This document shows positions 9,697-11,632 of a stretch of 11,632 nucleotides of DNA, in pieces. Below the pieces are notes generated by a model. That model searched no databases and was not told the origin of the DNA. It was given only the letters and a program-made list of their open reading frames with translations. The position numbers were made by a program, and so were the translations under genes. Origin of the DNA: Piromyces finnis finn (lineage: Eukaryota; Fungi; Neocallimastigomycota); assembly GCA_002104945.1 (NCBI GenBank), contig MCFH01000230.1:1-11632 (forward strand), read 5' to 3'. Every line of letters begins with the position of its first letter. Position 1 is the stretch's first letter.

Positions 9697-11043
9697 TTTC
9701 TATTGTTGTATTATTATATGATATGCAAATGTAAATATAAATATATATAATGGCGTCGTGTTTTTTTTTTTTTTTTTTTTTTTTACAAAAGAAAAAAGTA
9801 TTAAAAAATACTACTATTAAATTATTAATAAAAATATAAATTTAAACTATTGAAACATTTATAGCTAATAAAAGATAGAAGCAATGTTAGTATTTAAAAC
9901 AATGCTATGTATATGTTACAATTTATTTTTTTATGTTTATTTTAAATATAACATATATTATTAATGAATTAATGGTTACTATTAATTTTTTATTAAAAAA
10001 AAAAAAAAAACAATAAATATTTAATAGAATAAAAAAAAAAGAAAAGTTTTTCTTTCTCCCTTTCCTCTTTCTATTAAACTTTTTTTTTTTTTTTTTAAAT
10101 CTTTAAAGTTTCTTGTAAAAATCGCAAAAAAAAAAAAAAAAAAAAAAATTTTTATATTTTTTTTTTTTTTAAATTAAAATTAAAATTTACGGACAATGGA
10201 CAATGAAATTTTTTTTTTTTTTGTGATTTTCTAAAAACATCAAAACAAAAAAATTTTAATTAAACATTTAAATTAAAAAAATTTAATTAAGAATTTTTCA
10301 TTTTTAGTGGGTTCAAAAGAACTTTTTAATACTTTTTAATAATTAAGTCAAAAGAAACTATCATTACCACTACTTTTTCAATACTATATAAATCTGTATC
10401 TATATACCATAGAATTAATAGCATTTTTAAACTATTTTTTTATGTATATGATACATTTTTTAATATTATTGTAAAAACAAACTTTGTAATACTTTCTTGC
10501 AATATATATAAAGAGAGCATTATTTAATAAAAGTTAACGTCATTTTGAGTAGATAATAACTCTTTATATAAAAATTAATTTTTTTTTTTAAATAGATTTA
10601 AATTATATATTTATTCTTGTTTATTATATATAAAATATACATTATTATATTATTATTATATTAAAAACTAATAATAAGAAAAAAAATTGATTGAAAGGTA
10701 AAGTGTATTTGTTATGTTTTGTGGTTTATGATTTTTAGTATTAATGAAATACAATGCTAAACTAATATTATAATTTTTTTTGATTTTGGTTGCAATTTTT
10801 ATTAATAAATTAATATTATTTGTATAAAAATAATAAAAAATGGAATTGTTTTGTATATATATATTTTTTGAAATATAAATAATTAATAATTGAATATTAT
10901 ATTAATTGCAATTATTAAAAAAAAATTTATATATATTTAATATTATTTAAATTGGTAATATTATGTTATGCTTTTTTAAGAGTTATAATGAGAAGGTGAT
11001 GCTTATAGGTATTAGATCTGGTTTATCGTAAATTAATTTTTTT

Positions 11044-11632
11044 TTAGTCCATACCTTCCATATCATTACAATCATTACATCCACATAAACAACATCTACA
11101 ACAACCTAAACAACATGTGAACATTGTTGTACTATAATATAGAGAATAATAAAGTATTAGCGAGATACAAGTGAAATTTTATAATATTTATGTATATTTA
11201 TAGATAGTATTGATAAAGTATTTAACATTACCATAAAGTGAGACCACAACATAGAGAACATAAGGATGAGGTAGCATCTCTATCTCCATTAGTTCTGAAA
11301 CAACCACTAGCTCCGAATCCAGGATCAATATTATCATCATTATTAGTATTATTATTTACTGGGTAGGTATTAGCATTAGTATATTGGGTAGTAGTAGCGT
11401 AAGTATTAGTATTATTGTTGTTAGTGGTAGTAGTTGTAGTTGGTTCTTCTTCTTCGTAATCATCCGAAGGTGAATATTTATATCCTGTTCTATCAGGATT
11501 AGTTGGTGTTTGATAAGCACCAGTGGATTGTTGATCAGCATAAGGACTTACCATAGCATCTGTTGCTCTATAAGTTTTAGTGGTATAAGCGGCTTCTGGA
11601 GCTTCAACTTCTTCAGATGGATAAATTTTTTC
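11044..11632 (-). CDS. 5'-truncated gene: low-complexity Thr/Asn/Tyr/Pro-rich region with a very Cys-rich C-terminus (CYSTM-like)
   Basis: The frame is open from the window edge (EKIYPSEEVEAPEAAY...) to 11232. A 100-nt intron at 11231-11132 (GTAATG, branch-like GCTAAT, TAG) joins in frame to exon 11131-11044, giving ...SSLCSLCCGLTLCTTMFTCCLGCCRCCLCGCNDCNDMEGMD*. Confidence 0.8.

Noticed and set aside
10079-10222. Alternating long T and A tracts that could fold back like a MITE
   Set aside because: Homopolymer tracts are ubiquitous in this window, and there is no complex terminal inverted repeat or TSD.
11356-11541. 61-aa minus-strand ORF from the track
   Set aside because: It is an out-of-frame shadow of the real coding exon over low-complexity sequence.
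1-11632. CRISPR arrays, rRNA genes, or Plasmodium/Dictyostelium origin
   Set aside because: No repeat-spacer arrays or rRNA-length matches were seen. The intact GxGxGxxGR apicortin, the retroposon and proteins lacking long Asn inserts argue against Plasmodium, and the centriolar tubulin argues against Dictyostelium.

Overview
Very AT-rich, intron-rich eukaryotic DNA. The composition, roughly 100-nt GT-AG introns and flagellum-related genes suggest an anaerobic gut fungus (Neocallimastigomycota); this is inference only. From left to right: (1) a complete minus-strand SINE-like retroposon of about 565 bp at 404-969, with a tRNA-Ala(AGC)-derived head, a roughly 41% GC body, a 3' stem-loop, an A33 tail and a perfect 13-bp target-site duplication; (2) apicortin (partial p25alpha plus DCX domain, minus strand); (3) the splicing factor ESS2/DGCR14 (plus strand); (4) a divergent delta/zeta-class tubulin whose motifs lean zeta (plus strand); (5) an unknown protein with Cys/His zinc-finger-like motifs (minus strand); (6) the 3' part of a gene with a very Cys-rich, CYSTM-like tail (minus strand). 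Genes 2-5 each need several single-base indels to restore their reading frames. Because this includes the conserved ESS2 gene, assembly error is more likely than true pseudogenisation. All family comparisons are from remembered motifs; no searches were run.
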